64,000 bases of DNA from assembly GCF_006345805.1 (NCBI RefSeq), contig NC_043007.1:73346001-73410000 (forward strand). The letters are read 5' to 3'. Shown piece after piece: positions 1 to 13,729 of this stretch; position 1 is the stretch's first letter; every line of letters starts with the position of its first letter. Both the position numbers and the translations under genes were made by a program. Source of the DNA: Octopus sinensis. Lineage: Eukaryota. The notes below the pieces were generated by a model, which saw nothing but the letters and a program-made list of their open reading frames with translations, had not been told where the DNA came from and did not search any database.

Positions 1-459
1 GTTTACCATTAATTCCATGAAATATTCACAAGTCCTACAAGTTCAGATTATTCTGTCAAATATAAAGCTTATTTATTCTCATTGTTTTCATGTAATCCTG
101 CATTATCTTGTAGCTTCAAGATTTCAATGATGTGATTGCTTATTTTTAGAATGATATTGTAGGGTAAGTGTAAGAGGCCAGATCTGGCTGGTTTGAACAT
201 AAAACAGGTAGAATATTTTGGCCAGATATGGAGTTTAAATCTAAAAGGGTTAAACTAGCAAATTCTGTACCATTCACCTCCACTCCTTTCATTATTGATT
301 ACTAAAATATTGTGCTAGACATATCAAAAACTTGATCATCAGAAAAATATCTTTTTGGATCTTGTACATTTTCATGGTTTTAGCTACCAATGTTAACCTG
401 CACATTAACTTCACAAATCGAGGTGAAGCTGTAAATTTGTACTCACAGGCTATAATTGT

Positions 460-870
460 ATAGGCGGCACTGGCATCAGTCACATTCGGATGGTGATTTT
501 TACATGTCACTGGCACGGGTATCTTAACTACAAAATAAATATCAAATGGAAATTGTAGTTAAGATACCCATGCTGGTGGCACGTAAAAAGCACCATCCAA
601 ACATGGCTGAATCCAGTGCCGCATGACTGGCTTCCGTGCTGGTGACACGTAAAAAGCACCAGCCTCCTCTGGCCCTTGTGCGGGTGGCACGTAAAAAGCA
701 CCCACTACACTCACGGAGTGGTTGGCGTTAGGAAGGGCATCCAGCTGTAGAAACACTGCCAGATCAGACTGGAGCTTGGTGCAGCCTACTGGCTTCCCGG
801 ACCCCAGTCGAACCGTCCAACCCAACCTAGCATGGAAAACAGACATTAAACGATGATGATAATGATGATA
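460..870 (+). repeat. RTE 3'-UTR/tail-type dispersed repeat (other copies near 10420, 12350, 14550, 21850, 33245, 34387, 45545, 52070, 55025)
   Basis: Shared GGCACGTAAAAAGCACC motifs, GTTAGGAAGGGCATCCAGCTGTAGAAAC, and GCATGGAAAAC..GACGTTAAA(CGA/TGA)n tail. Confidence 0.85.
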
Positions 871-1103
871 CATTCATATACTCATTTCAGACATTTGACT
901 GCAGTCATGCTGGAGCACTGCCTTAAAGGGTTTTTAGTTGAAGAAATGACCCCAGGACTTATTCTTTGTAAGCCTAGTACTTACTCTATCAGTCTCTTTT
1001 GCTGAACCACTAAATTACAGGGACATAAACACACCAGCATCAGTTGTCAAGCTATGGTTGGCAGGACAAATACAGACACTTCCACACAAATATATACATA
1101 CAT

Positions 1104-2425
1104 TAGCTGAATTACCTGGTAATACCCAGAAAAGCAGGGTATTATTTCCAGTTCCCATTACACTCTTTCACATCCTATCCTGTTTCTTGTTTAGTTCCCA
1201 TTGCTAAGTCACTATATAAATTTTAGAATCAGTTAGGTGTAATTAAGCCATTAAATATTTTAATAACCTTTATGGTAATAGTTTATTGCCAAAAATAGGT
1301 ATTACAAACTATTAGTATGATTAGTGGGTGAATAAGGAATGTTCCTATATTATTTTAAGAAAAAAATATGCATCTGAGTAAAATAAATGAGTTGACTAGT
1401 AATAACTGGAAAGTGGGGGTTATTCCCAGTTCCTGTTTACCATTACACTGTTCCATGTCCTATTGTTTCCTGTTCAGATTCTGTCCTTATGCCCAACAAA
1501 TCGTTTATTGCTAAAAATAGGTATTACAAACTATTAATTCGATTAGTAGGTGAATAAGGAATGTCCTTGTATCATTTTAACAAATGAATATGCATCTAAG
1601 TAAAATAAATTAGATAATTAGATAAATAGTCTATGTATTGTAGCTGGTGTTGTCACTTATCATAATTGATTTGTAAACATACTACAGTACCCCACAGGGG
1701 GCCCATTATAGATTTTTATTGAAATCCAGTTTGCCTATAATTCAACTGGATGTTAGGAACAAATAAATAACAAAATTGGATTTAATGTGGAAAATTATTT
1801 CAGTATACTAAATTTGAAAATTTTGACATAATTTTAAAATCTCATGTGACAGCAACAGGGAAGACCCTACGAAAATAGAGACAGACAGTTATAGGACATG
1901 ACACACACACACACATACAAATGTACACACAGGTGATCACACATTTAAAATAGTGTATAGTAGACATGTATGTACGTATGTGTATATATATGTTGTGTGT
2001 GTGTGTGTTTCTTTGCGATGGACAGCAGAAAAGCCAACTACCCCCTCTCCTTAGAGCTATATATTCCTCACACCCACCTTTGTGTGTGTTGTATCTATGT
2101 ATTTACAAAAGTATGTATGCGTGGTGTGTATACGACAGCTTTATTAACGTCATCATCCCATTCTCACCTTCACTTATATAAGTCGCCTTCTCACTGTTAC
2201 TACCTCAGATTTATACTTTTTATAACCTTCTCATTTTAGCATATAATTTGCCCAATGCCCCTGGGAGAAGCACATTATAGATTTTTATCGAAATCCAATT
2301 AGCCTATTATTGAACTGGATGTTAGTGTCACATGTATGCAAAGTTTCATGAATATTGGTTTGGTGGTTTAGGCACTAAGTCGGTAACAGACGGACAGATA
2401 GAAATTGCCATTTATAAATATATAT
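1104..2425 (+). mobile_element. Non-autonomous Helentron/Helitron-like element with internal duplications
   Basis: TTAGCTGAATTACCTGG 5' end; internal repeats 1130-1400 vs 1410-1620 and 1705-1760 vs 2273-2325; GCAAAGTTTCATG...ACAGACGGACAGA...CATTTATAAATATA 3' end. Confidence 0.5.
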
Positions 2426-3941
2426 ATTATATATATATACAACGGGCTTCTTTCAGTTTTCATCGACCAAATCCACTCACAAGGCTTCGGTTGGCCCAAG
2501 GCTGTAGTAGAAAACACATGCCCAAGTGCCACGCAGTGGGATTTAACCTGGAAGCATGTGGTTAGGAAGCAAGCTTCTTACCACACGTGCCTATATATAT
2601 ATACATACATACGTACAAGTATGTTGGTGCTAACAAGAAAATTAGAACTCAAAATGTGAGTACATGTATATTTTTATTAATATTAAGCAGAAGTAACAGA
2701 GTAACTCAACTTCTGAGTTTTGTGCATTGGCACTTAACACACGAAACATTCAAACCTTGAGTCACTCTGTTACTTCTGCTAAATATTAATGATATATATA
2801 AAACAATGACTTTTTCCCTAGAGACATGCTTTAACAAAAGCTAAAGGGTGCCTTGATCTGTGGTCTTCCAGCACAATGGACACAAACCTGGAACTTCTGC
2901 AGGTCTATGCTATTGCTAGATGGTCGTTGAACCTACACAAGGTTCATCTGTCCTTTTGACATATATGCAGGGAATGGCATTGAACATTTTGAGAATCTTT
3001 TGCTTGCACTCAAGATCTCCCATACTGGCACTGCATATTTTGCCAAGGCTTGTCTCTGGATCATGTCAGTAGGGTGAACAGGGTCTGTGCAAACTTTATT
3101 GGACCTAGAGTTGTGAAACCACCAGCAAGGCAACTATCTGATGCCTGATTGAGTAGGAGGGTACTGCAGTGTGCATGGAATGCAAACCAGAGTGAAGCTG
3201 ACTGCAGGTGCAATAATAACCTCATGCATGGGCATTGCTCGCATTTTGCATGGACAATGGTCAGTGATAGTCTTCTTTGGTCATGAGGACAACTATCATC
3301 ATCCTCATCACATATACACACAAGAATGCACTTTCATAGGCACGTGATTAAGAAATTCAATTTGGGCCCTGTCATACTTTTACCCCACATCTCCTAGCAT
3401 AAAGATAGCCCCTCAGTTCATAGTCTTACAAGCTAAATAGCAGCCTTACTAGTGCTGGTACACAAAAAACAAAGCAACCAGTACATGGTGTAAAATGGTT
3501 TGTCTTAGGAAAGGCATCCAGCCATAAAAACCATGCCAAAACAGAGAGTGGAGCACAATGCAATCCATGTGAAACGATATTTTTAAGTAAATATTTTTGG
3601 ACAAAACAAATACCTATTTATTTCTAGTTGGTTATCACTGTCATTACATATAGGGATGTCTTAATTATGTTGTTTTGTCTCTCATTGTCCATTCTTTTCA
3701 ACTTGTTAAAACAAAAAAGTTGCAGAAGATAAGTTTAGGGAACAAATAACTTCAACAAGCCTCAACACAGTTATCCCCACCTGCTAGAAATTGCAACCAA
3801 ATCTACATTTTGAAAAAGAAATGGAACAATGCAGTGTCTGAAGACTAAATGGTTGTAACTGGAATACCCTTTATCAAAGATTTGCTCAATTTTGGCTGGC
3901 TTAGGACAAAAAAAAAAAAAAATCATTTTTACACACAAAAG

Positions 3942-4300
3942 GCACAGGAGTGGTTGTGTGGTAAGTAGCTTGCTTACCAACCCCATGGTTCCGGGTTCAG
4001 TCCCACTGCGTGGCAAGTGTCTTCTACTATAGCCTCGTGCTGACCAAAGCTTTGTGAGTGGATTTGATAGACAGAAACTGAAAGAAGCCTGTTGTATATG
4101 TGTGTGTATATGTTTGTCCCTTCAACATTGCTTGACAACCGATGCGGGTGTGTTTATGTCCCCGTAACTTAGCGGTTCGGCAAAAAGAGACTGATAGAAT
4201 AAGTACTAGGCTTACAAAGAATAAGTCTTGGGGGTGATTTATTCGACTAAAAGCGCTGCTCCAGCATGGCCACAGTCAAATAACTGAAACAAGTAAAAGA
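3942..4300 (+). mobile_element. tRNA-derived SINE family A (other copies: 890-1080 -, 2440-2590 -, 22480-22630 +, 33020-33510 +, 38420-38560 -, 51660-52045 -)
   Basis: Head with A-box (TGG.TGTGTGGTAAG) and B-box (GGTTCAGTCCC); tail CCAGCATGGCC.CAGTC...ACTGAAACAAGTAAAAG. Confidence 0.85.
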
Positions 4301-4849
4301 GAGAGTGTAAAGAATAAAACAGTCATCAAAGGTTTACCAAAGCTACTTTGATGAAGGTTTTTATTTAAAAAAATTAAAGCATTATGTGGTTTGAATTCCT
4401 TTCAATGCTTTTCATATGATATTTCTGTTGGATTACACTACTTTAGTTTAATTTTGACAAAAATTTTTTCAAAATAACTTAAGTGGGTGTTTCAAGGCAG
4501 CAAGTTGGCAGAATCGTTAGCATGCCAGACAAAATGTTTCAAAATGCTTAGTGGCATTTTGTCTGTCTATGTTCTGAGTTCAAATTCTGCCATGGTCAAC
4601 TTTGCCTTTCATCCTTCAGGGCTTGAACACTGGGGGTTAATATAATCGCTTTAGCTCTTTCCCCCAAACTGTTGACCTTGTGCCACAATTTGAAACCGTT
4701 ATTAAGCAGGTATTTCAAGGTGGTGAAGTGGTAGAATCGTTAGTATGCCAGGCAAAATGCTGATGGCATTTCATCTGACTTTTTCCACCAGTTGACTTTG
4801 CCTTTCATCCTTTTGGGGTGAAGTCATGTTAGCGTTAAACTTTCCGGGA

Positions 4850-7800
4850 GATTTCTTAATATGTACAACTAATTACACCAAAAATTCCCTTAATCAAATT
4901 TAAGGAAATATAACAAGAGATATACACATTTACAGATAAATGGATTTTCAGCATTTAACACCATAAATGTGAATGGTATAAATTTTAGAGTCAAAGTTGT
5001 TGTAAAGTACAGTAAGATACTTTGTCAAGGATAGAATTTTATTTTAGAAAATATCAAATTGTTTTAAGAGGGAAAATATTTTGACTTCAATAAAATTCCA
5101 AAATTTTAACTTGTACTTGAGATAATGAAAGGAAAAAGCAAGAAGGCATGGCAGTTTTTAAAAGGATGTTGCAGTATATGGAAAAGAACATTGTTATAAA
5201 TTAATGCAATATTCAGGTGGAATTGCCAAAAACAAATGAACATTTGATATACCTTTAATTTTATTTACACAATTTGAATGCTATGAAAGCATTCTACAAA
5301 TGATAAAGAAAATTTGTTAAAAAAAAAAAAAAGATTGTTCCAAGTATAATTTTACAATCATCAGCTCATGTGTACACAGCCATGTTTAAGTAGTGTTGAT
5401 GGATACTAATAATATAATCTGCATTAGACTAAGGAGTTTAACTTCATACACACCTTGCACTAAATTCTTAATACATGCAGGAAAGCCATGTTCAAAATAT
5501 ACCTTCTTTAAAATGAAGTGTTTCAACCAAAGCAATAAAACAGTAAAAGAAATTGCTTCCAAAAGATACAGAAATAAAATACAGCAATTATTGTGGGTAA
5601 CAATTATTAACAACACAACTGCCATACAATGGCTGCTTAAGAGTAACTAACATCAATAAACAATAGGACATTCAGTTTTAGCTTCAATTAAAAAGAATAA
5701 AGAATGCCTATTAGCTGCTTTTTAAGACACTTGAAATATTGAAAGACTTTATTTGTAGTTTTTGAACCATATGAAACAATTTGGTGAGGATCTGAAGTTG
5801 TAATATTAGAGAATAAGAAATATGCACTTGGCCTTGAATGGCATCTCATCAGGTCTGAAAAAATATTTACAATTCACATCTATAAAAAGGAAATCTCTAA
5901 TTCTTTTAAAATAATGCAACTTTGTATTTTTTAACTATCAACTTCTTCAATTCGAAACAATTCACAAAGAAATTTTACTTCATCAAATAAATTATTAATG
6001 ATATTACTGAGTAAAACACTGCATCAGTTAAAGCATTTCACAAATGTAATTCTATATTTCGAAAGTGAGACTGGAGGGAGCAGGAAGATCAGGTTGGTGC
6101 TGCTTTAGGTCCCATTACACAGCTTTGTTATTGTGTGAAGTAGTAAAGGTTTCTTATGTAAGCACGAAAACTCAGAATCAATGAGAAAAAATGGCAAGCT
6201 GTCATATTCCTGCCTTTCTTAAAACCATTATTGATGTGTGTAGCAGTTCAGATTGGAAATTGAAACTACAAGGCAGGCTCTGTTTATGGAGAACTTAGTC
6301 TTATTATGGCATCAAACACGTGTCAAATTCGCTAAATTTTAATGAATTTCAGTTCAGCTGGATAATCTAGTAGTAATTTTTATTAGATTAACTACACTTT
6401 GCTTTTTAAGTGTTTTTATAATGATAGAATTAGCATAAATGCTAATTAACTGATGAAAATTATAAATTTATGTTCAGATCTTTATCATTTAAGATGAAGA
6501 ATAGCTAATCAAAATGTTTTGCAATGTTTTTTTTTTTTTACATAAAAGTTATGAATAAATTCAATGTCAGTCTTTACTGCTTGTTCACATTGTTTATTTT
6601 GGTGCACTTTAAGAGAGAATAAATTAAAATGGTTTACAGCGTCGAAATATACTGAGATCTATTGTCTAATAGTTATCAGACAAAAGTAATTAATGTTAAA
6701 ATTTTACCATTACCCAACTGTTTCTCTATACACTAAAACATAATTACAAGCTTGTAGTAAAATTTCTAGGGAAAGGAAAAAAAAATTAGGGTGCATACTT
6801 CAAAGCGGACATATACACATTCACACACACAAACAAATATTCAAAAATACTGTTTATTAAAAATAACAACTTGATATATAGTACAAAGAAAGAAAAATAT
6901 TAACTATTTAGAGGAGGGAAAATAATATAAGATATTGACAAATTTAGATCAGTGGTACTCAACCAGGGTTCATGCAAGGGATCTACAGTAATATTTTAAG
7001 GGTCCATGAAAAAAATTTTGCTTTAGATGTATTTATTGTAAGAAACAACTAGGTTGATTTCTATAACATTCTACATAGTTCAAAATGTTTCCAGCCACTA
7101 AAACAGGTTCTCTTAGTGCTATTGCAAACTTATGTAAGTGAATGTGTGAAAAATAAAATGAGAATTTTGAAAGAATTATCTTTAAAACTAGTTTTTAAAC
7201 ACTGAAAACCTATGAGGGTCCACAAGAATAAAATAGTAATCAAAGGGATGGGGGTCCATAAATAGAAAATGGTTGAGAACTATTGCTTTAGATGGTATAT
7301 AAAAACCTTATTTCAACATAACAGCTACATTACTAATACTGTACTGTGACCAAAGGCAAAAAGAGTTAATTTTCACTGGCCCACTAATCAAAGCTGCAAA
7401 TAGGTGTTAACAGTAGGAGCATAGAAAAATGTGTGTAGTTAGTTTGCAATATTGTGTTCAAGCTCTATAGTTCTGAAAACAAAAAAAAAAAAACGAAGCA
7501 TCAGAAGCTACTCAAGTAAATCTGCTACAAGAGTTTCTCTGAAATTAGCATGACCACCACCACCAAGAACAATCACTTGGTGGTTAAAAAAAATTGAAGC
7601 AAAGTTAAGAGGAGACAGTGCAATCGTTTATAAACAAATTAACTTCAATAATTTGGTAGAATTAAGAAATGAATTGCAAACAGAAAACATGCAATTACTA
7701 ATTTCAAAACCCTTGAAAATTCTGACCTTCAAATATTTTTTTATTTATTTTCTATTTCATTGTCTTTGGAAGAAAGGTGAGAAAGAGAAGCATTTCTAGA

Positions 7801-10152
7801 TGATTGAACATCTTTGCATTGAAGTACATTAGCACACATTTTCTGGCAACGAGAAAATATGTTTTGTTTATTATCTGTAAATAAAAAACCTAATTGCACA
7901 ATTTTGAATGTAAGCAATTTTCCAGGCAAAGTTTCAAGAAGCTCGTTTGAATATTTTTATGAAATCAAATATCAAAATGCAAAAGTAGAGGTTTTAGACA
8001 TAAACTATCCTATTAGACTGTAATATAGGGATTGGAAATGATCCAGTAAAACATATTTAAATCATTTAAGAGATGGTAATTTTCTTCAGAACATCGGTTT
8101 TGAAGATGTGCTTATGTACATTTTCAAATCTTTTTTAACATTACATAGCATTATTACAAATGGCCACCAGTTATAAAAGTTTTACAAAATAAAAAAAAAA
8201 GCAACCCCCCCCCCAAAAAAAAACAGAAAAAAAAACCAAGTCTCACATATATGAAATGTGCATTCACAAAGTCAGTGTTTTTCATACATAATCACAATAC
8301 ACACAATAAAAATATAATTGGTTCAGATATTCTTTCGTGGCAATCAGTTTCGTAATTCCCTATTTGTAGATTTCATGCTCCATAAATTATTAGAGAGAGG
8401 GGTTTTAGAGCCAGTTGCTGTATGTAATACAACCATGAAGTAGGAGTTGTGGGTAGCTAGAGTTAGGCAGACTGAGAAAAACGAGGTAATATGTATTGCC
8501 TTGAGACACAGCACTATGGGTTGTAACAGGGACGTAGGGTCAGCAGTTCAGGATTTTTACCTCACAACCATTGTTCTACTTCAGAAATTTGGTTAAACAT
8601 TGTAATACTGATGATTAACTTTTGAAAATTCAAATTGAATGTTTTTTAATATTACAATTACTAATATAATACTAATTAGAAATAATTTAAATGAACAAAT
8701 CAAGTAGAATTATAAAATGAATAATTGTATTAAATTTGCATAGAAAAGTTGTTTGTATAAATGTTTTCTTTTTTAAGAAAATTAAATTGTGAACATTACA
8801 AAATTTCATGTTGTTAACTATAAGGTATCTAAGAGAGTTAACATCACAAGACTTTAAAATAATCAATATTGCTAGTGATTGGATTCAACAGCAATTTTAA
8901 AAAGTTAATTTTGATTGTAGACAGCCTTTAAGAAATCGTAATAAATTGAATGGTTTATTGAAAAAAATAAAACTAGCATTTAGGATTATAAAAAAAATGT
9001 ATCAATTAAAATCTAAAATTTAATATGACTTTTAAAATACCCCAAAGATAAAACAATTAATTAAAAGATCGTCAATGTATGGAACTTAAAATCTAACAAT
9101 CATGAAAATCAATTCTAGCATTTAGAAACAAATTCACAACATGAAATATGATGCAATGAACAAAAAAGACAAAATAAAAGGTAAGAAAAAAAGGAGAAAA
9201 AACCCCATCAGATAATTAAATGTAAATTATTGCAAATTTTAATGCATTCTGTACAAAATGTATAAAACTATAAAATTGAAATATGAAGTAATGTAGGAGA
9301 AAGAAATTAAATTTGTTTATGCTTTACCAAATTGACCAGGCTTGTGACAGCAGTGTACTGCCACACTAGTGTAAACATACACTTACAGAGAGGCACAGCA
9401 GTTGTAGTTGGTAGGTAGAGATATGGAGTAATAATAATATTATTTGAAGCACCATATAAATATAATCGCTGAATCGTTTTGGACTTTACTATCTTTAAAA
9501 ATATGGCATCAAAATTAATGAGAAAGCATTCCTAACTGGCAATAGGTAAATGAACATCTTTTTATATACACATTCGTACACACACACACACAAGTTAACT
9601 AAAAGAGAATTATTTTCGACAGATTCACTTCATCTTAAAATGTTATACACTAAATGGTATATCAACAATAATACATAATAATGCCATTACTCATTGCAAT
9701 ATAAATTGCTGGATTAAGAGGACAGTTCTATAAATCAATGACATAGTGAAGTATTGGGTATAAAAGTCACATCTTTTAAATCTAGGTGGGAAGATAAATA
9801 ACACACACACACACACATACAAAATGAAATGAAATAAAAAAATATCTTTTTTTTTATTTGCTCTGTATATATTTACTGTTTACTTTTTTTTGTCTTAAAA
9901 AGGCTATATTCTTCATTTTACAAATAGCTAGCTCCCTTAAAATTATTTTCTTGGTTGCGATAATTTTTATATTTCTCTCTTCCTTTCATTTAATATGAAA
10001 ATTAAGTTGCAGGTAAAACTGTAAACCTTTCAAATGGAAAGTTCATTAAAAAAAATATATTTTACTTGAATCCCATAATATACAGTCTAGCTATCAGTAA
10101 TCAGCCCATTTACGGGAATTAATCTACAACTGATTGATTTTTAGGATATTTG
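4850..10152 (-). other. Probable long 3' UTR of the PP1-beta gene
   Basis: About 5.3 kb after the stop with almost no interspersed repeats, U-rich on the transcript strand, several AATAAA (plus-strand TTTATT near 5260, 5748, 6593, 6853); true end unknown. Confidence 0.5.
6950..7285. mobile_element. hAT (Charlie-like) MITE
   Basis: TIRs CAGTGGTACTCAACC / GGTTGAGAACTATTG; 8-bp TSD ATTTAGAT / CTTTAGAT. Confidence 0.75.
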
Positions 10153-10263
10153 TCATTTCTTCTTCTGTTGTTGCTTTATGGTGCCTCGAGGAGGAGTGTT
10201 TGGTCGACCAGAATTCAAACCACTGTATTGATATTTTGCTTTCTTTTCAGAGGGTTTTAGAAT
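10153..10263 (-). CDS. PPP1CB: PP1-beta last coding exon ([36 protein letters not shown])
   Basis: Acceptor TTTTTCCCCAG; KAKYQYxGLNSGRP and TPPR Cdk site of the PP1-beta tail; the 8 exons sum to 990 nt = 329 aa + stop. Confidence 0.96.
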   Translation of the reverse strand: MLKPSEKKAKYQYSGLNSGRPNTPPRGTIKQQQKKK

Positions 10264-10740
10264 CTGGGGAAAAATTGAAATTGAAATCCATACATAATTT
10301 ATTCTCTCACAGTTAGAAGAATAAAGAGAAAAAAGGTCAACAGAAACAATTAACAAAAAAAAAAAAAAAACTTATAAAATTTTCATAAATGTCTTGCAAA
10401 TTATTTGGTGACCTGAATGGTGCTGGTGTCATGAAAAATCACACCTGTGTACACATTGTAAAGAGGTTGGCATTAGGAAGGACATCCAGCCACAGCAGAC
10501 AGCTTATTGTAGCCCGTCAAACTCTCCAATCCATGCCAGCATGGAAAATGGACATTAAATGATAATGATGAATTTGCTGTAATGTATATTAAATCAGTGC
10601 AATACAGGAAGGAGGAAAATATCTAATCATTTTGGACACTTGACTTTCTTTGGAGAGAGAAAAAATCTGAGACACTTACACAACAGGCTATGTAAGTAAT
10701 TAAGGGTTCTTAAAGATTGTCAGTATGTTATTGGTTTGTA

Positions 10741-10950
10741 AAGGTGGCAAGCTGGCAGAACTGCTAGCATGCCAGGCAAAACGCTTAGCAGCACTTCACC
10801 CATCTTTATGTTCGGAGTTCAAATGCAGCAGTGGTTGACTTTGCCTTTCATCCTTTCCGAGTCAATAAAATAAGTACCAGCTGAGCACTGGGGTTGATGT
10901 AATTGATTTACTTCCTCCCCTGAAATTGCTGGTTTTGTGCTAAAATATTA
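10741..10950 (+). mobile_element. tRNA-derived SINE family B (other copies: 4495, 4718, 15410, 18380 -, 52520 -, 54370 -)
   Basis: GGCAAGCTGGCAGAA head, GAGTTCAAAT B-box, GACTTTGCCTTTCATCCTTT...TAAGTACCAG body. Confidence 0.8.
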
Positions 10951-12493
10951 TAGGTTTGTTTACTGAAATAGGGGAGATGTATGGGATTTTTGAAGCAGTA
11001 TGTACACTACTGGTACTGCAACCACCAACATCATGTGTTCCATTATTGTTGCTACTGAGTTCAAACCTCTTTGTACTTAACACCTTTCATCCTTCAGCAG
11101 TTAAAGTGATGTTGACTAAATCATCAAAACTCCTTGGGCAAGTGTCTTCAGCTATAGATCTGGGCTGACCCAAAGCTTTGTAAGCTGATTTGGCAGACAG
11201 AAACTGTATGTAGCCTAATGTGTGTGTGTCTTCTTGTCTTGACATCATGTGATAGTCATAAGAAAGTATCACTGTCATAAAAGTAGTGTCATTCATTTCT
11301 TCTATTATGCAGAAACATGTCTGGTCATTGGGAAATATTAACTTACTTGGAAACAAGCATTTAATAACAAGAAGGGCATCCAGCTCTAAAAAAATCTGCT
11401 TCAACAAATTCCATCTGATCCATGTAAACATGGAAAAGTGGACGTTAAAATAGTCATGGTGATGATATCAAATTTACTATTATTAGTCATACTGTAAAGT
11501 TATATATAAACATGTCAACTGTAAAGCGTGGTAAGGTTTATAAAGACAGAGAAAGAATATATGAAATACAGAAACTAATATGGCATATTATTCACGTTGG
11601 TGGTAATGTGTTAAATGGCATGTGCAAACACAGAATTGAAATATGCCACTTAGTTGGTGAAGGAAAAATAACTTCAAGCCTTTTGTTAGTGACTGTCAAA
11701 GACAGAAAAAAGGTAAAAGGGTATTTTAATGTTTTACAGAAAACTGAATGGTACTCGCTATTCACTTTAACTAATTTGCTTGTTGAATAGTACTATTTGA
11801 AAGGAAATCTGATCTTTGATAGTAGAGAATGTGACAGATATGAGGAGTTCTAGTAGTAGTCTTTTCAAGCCTGTATTGACTGGGGAAAGTTTTTACAAGT
11901 AGGAAAGTGTCAGGCAAATGATGATAAAGCTTCATGTACTGAATATATTTACACAATATAATTAAATTAATTCAAGTGTTTGTCTCTTAAGTGGATAAAG
12001 GAGGGAAAAAATGTCATGGTGATTTGTGATTATGACAGAGAAGGGGAGATAATATCCATTAATTAAGAATTAAATATAAAAACTGATAGAGGGAGGGGGA
12101 GAAATGTTCATTTCACATGGAACAATGCATTTGGTGTTGGTGGCTCTGTTAAACATACCAGGTCCACCATACTGTAAGACATATAGAATATCCACCAAAT
12201 AACCTTAAAAAATAAGAGGGCACATTTGACTAAGCAGTCCTTGATCAAGAAAATGACAGGACTATTACTGTTGAAAACCTTCGCCATAGGACTACTTCAT
12301 CAAAGCCATCTTAGAGCTGAACAGCAACAGAACCATGTACACACACACAATCATTTAATGTCTGTTCTCCATGCTAGCATGGGTTCGATAGGAGATGATG
12401 AGGCTGGGAACTGCATCAGGCTCCATTGTTTTGGCATGGTTTCTACAGCTGGATAACCTTCCTAATACCAACTACTTTACAGTTTGTGTGCAG

Positions 12494-12527
<34 letters not shown>

Positions 12528-13534
12528 TTGGTAAAATAGAAAGATGAATAATCTTGTTGCAGATTAATCATGAAAGCATACTGGGAGAAAGGTAGGTTTG
12601 GAGATGATGTACAGGTATTATATATTAGAAGAAATAAGGTACTCAGAAATCTGGATGGTTTTATATTTACAGATATTTATTAATATATCACATGCTTTTA
12701 TAAATCATATATTAGCGCTTGCATCCACTCTAGTGGAGTCTTCAGAAGACTATAAAACCATCCAGATTTCTGAGCACCTTATTTCTTCTAATATATATAT
12801 AATACGGATTAGAAGTATTAAGAGGTGATAAGTACAAATATAAATATGGTACCAGTTCAAATATGCTCGAAACATAAACCCAATGAAAGCCATTCATGGT
12901 GAAGGGGATAAATTCTCACTACAGATTAAGTGTAAACACCCCATGTCAGTCCAAAGCACTCCCTACCTAGATTAATGGATGCATGCATTTCGGGCAATTA
13001 GGGAAAGGGAGGCACTATGAACTGGTATATTTTATTATATTCCAGTCAATGTACCGTGATTGGTTACAATAATCGGTGAGCTGACCATAAAATACAGATA
13101 AGACTTGGTGTGTTTACACTTATTTGTCTACAAGAAATTTTTTCAATGAAAAAACAGTAAATGATTTTCTTACAGGTTTGAACATGCCTGAAACTTATTT
13201 GAACTGGTAACAAGTTTATGTGTGTGTGTGTGTATGTATATATATGGCTGAAAATAGATTAAAATGTAAAGGTAATGCATTTTCCCATGTGAATTAGAAG
13301 AATGTAGTGCATTCATTGACATTTGTGTTTGGGGGAAAAACACTTTCTATCTTTGTTTACAATTCAAGTATTGTGCTTTTTATGTGCACTAGTACAGGTG
13401 CTTTTCTTATATGGTATCAACACTGGTACTTTTTACATAACACCAGTACTGGTGCTTTTTACATGGTACCAACACTGGCAGAGTCACATTGGAACATAAT
13501 ACAAAATATAAAAATTAATGTGATGGAAAAATCA

Positions 13535-13729
<195 letters not shown>

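Noticed and set aside
2830-3320. Coding-like GC-richer stretch
   Set aside because: Stops in the frames examined and no recognisable motif or splice structure; left unassigned
5820-5858. Minus-strand CTGATGA plus a GCC/GGC hairpin in the putative 3' UTR
   Set aside because: No GAAA, stem III or NUH site
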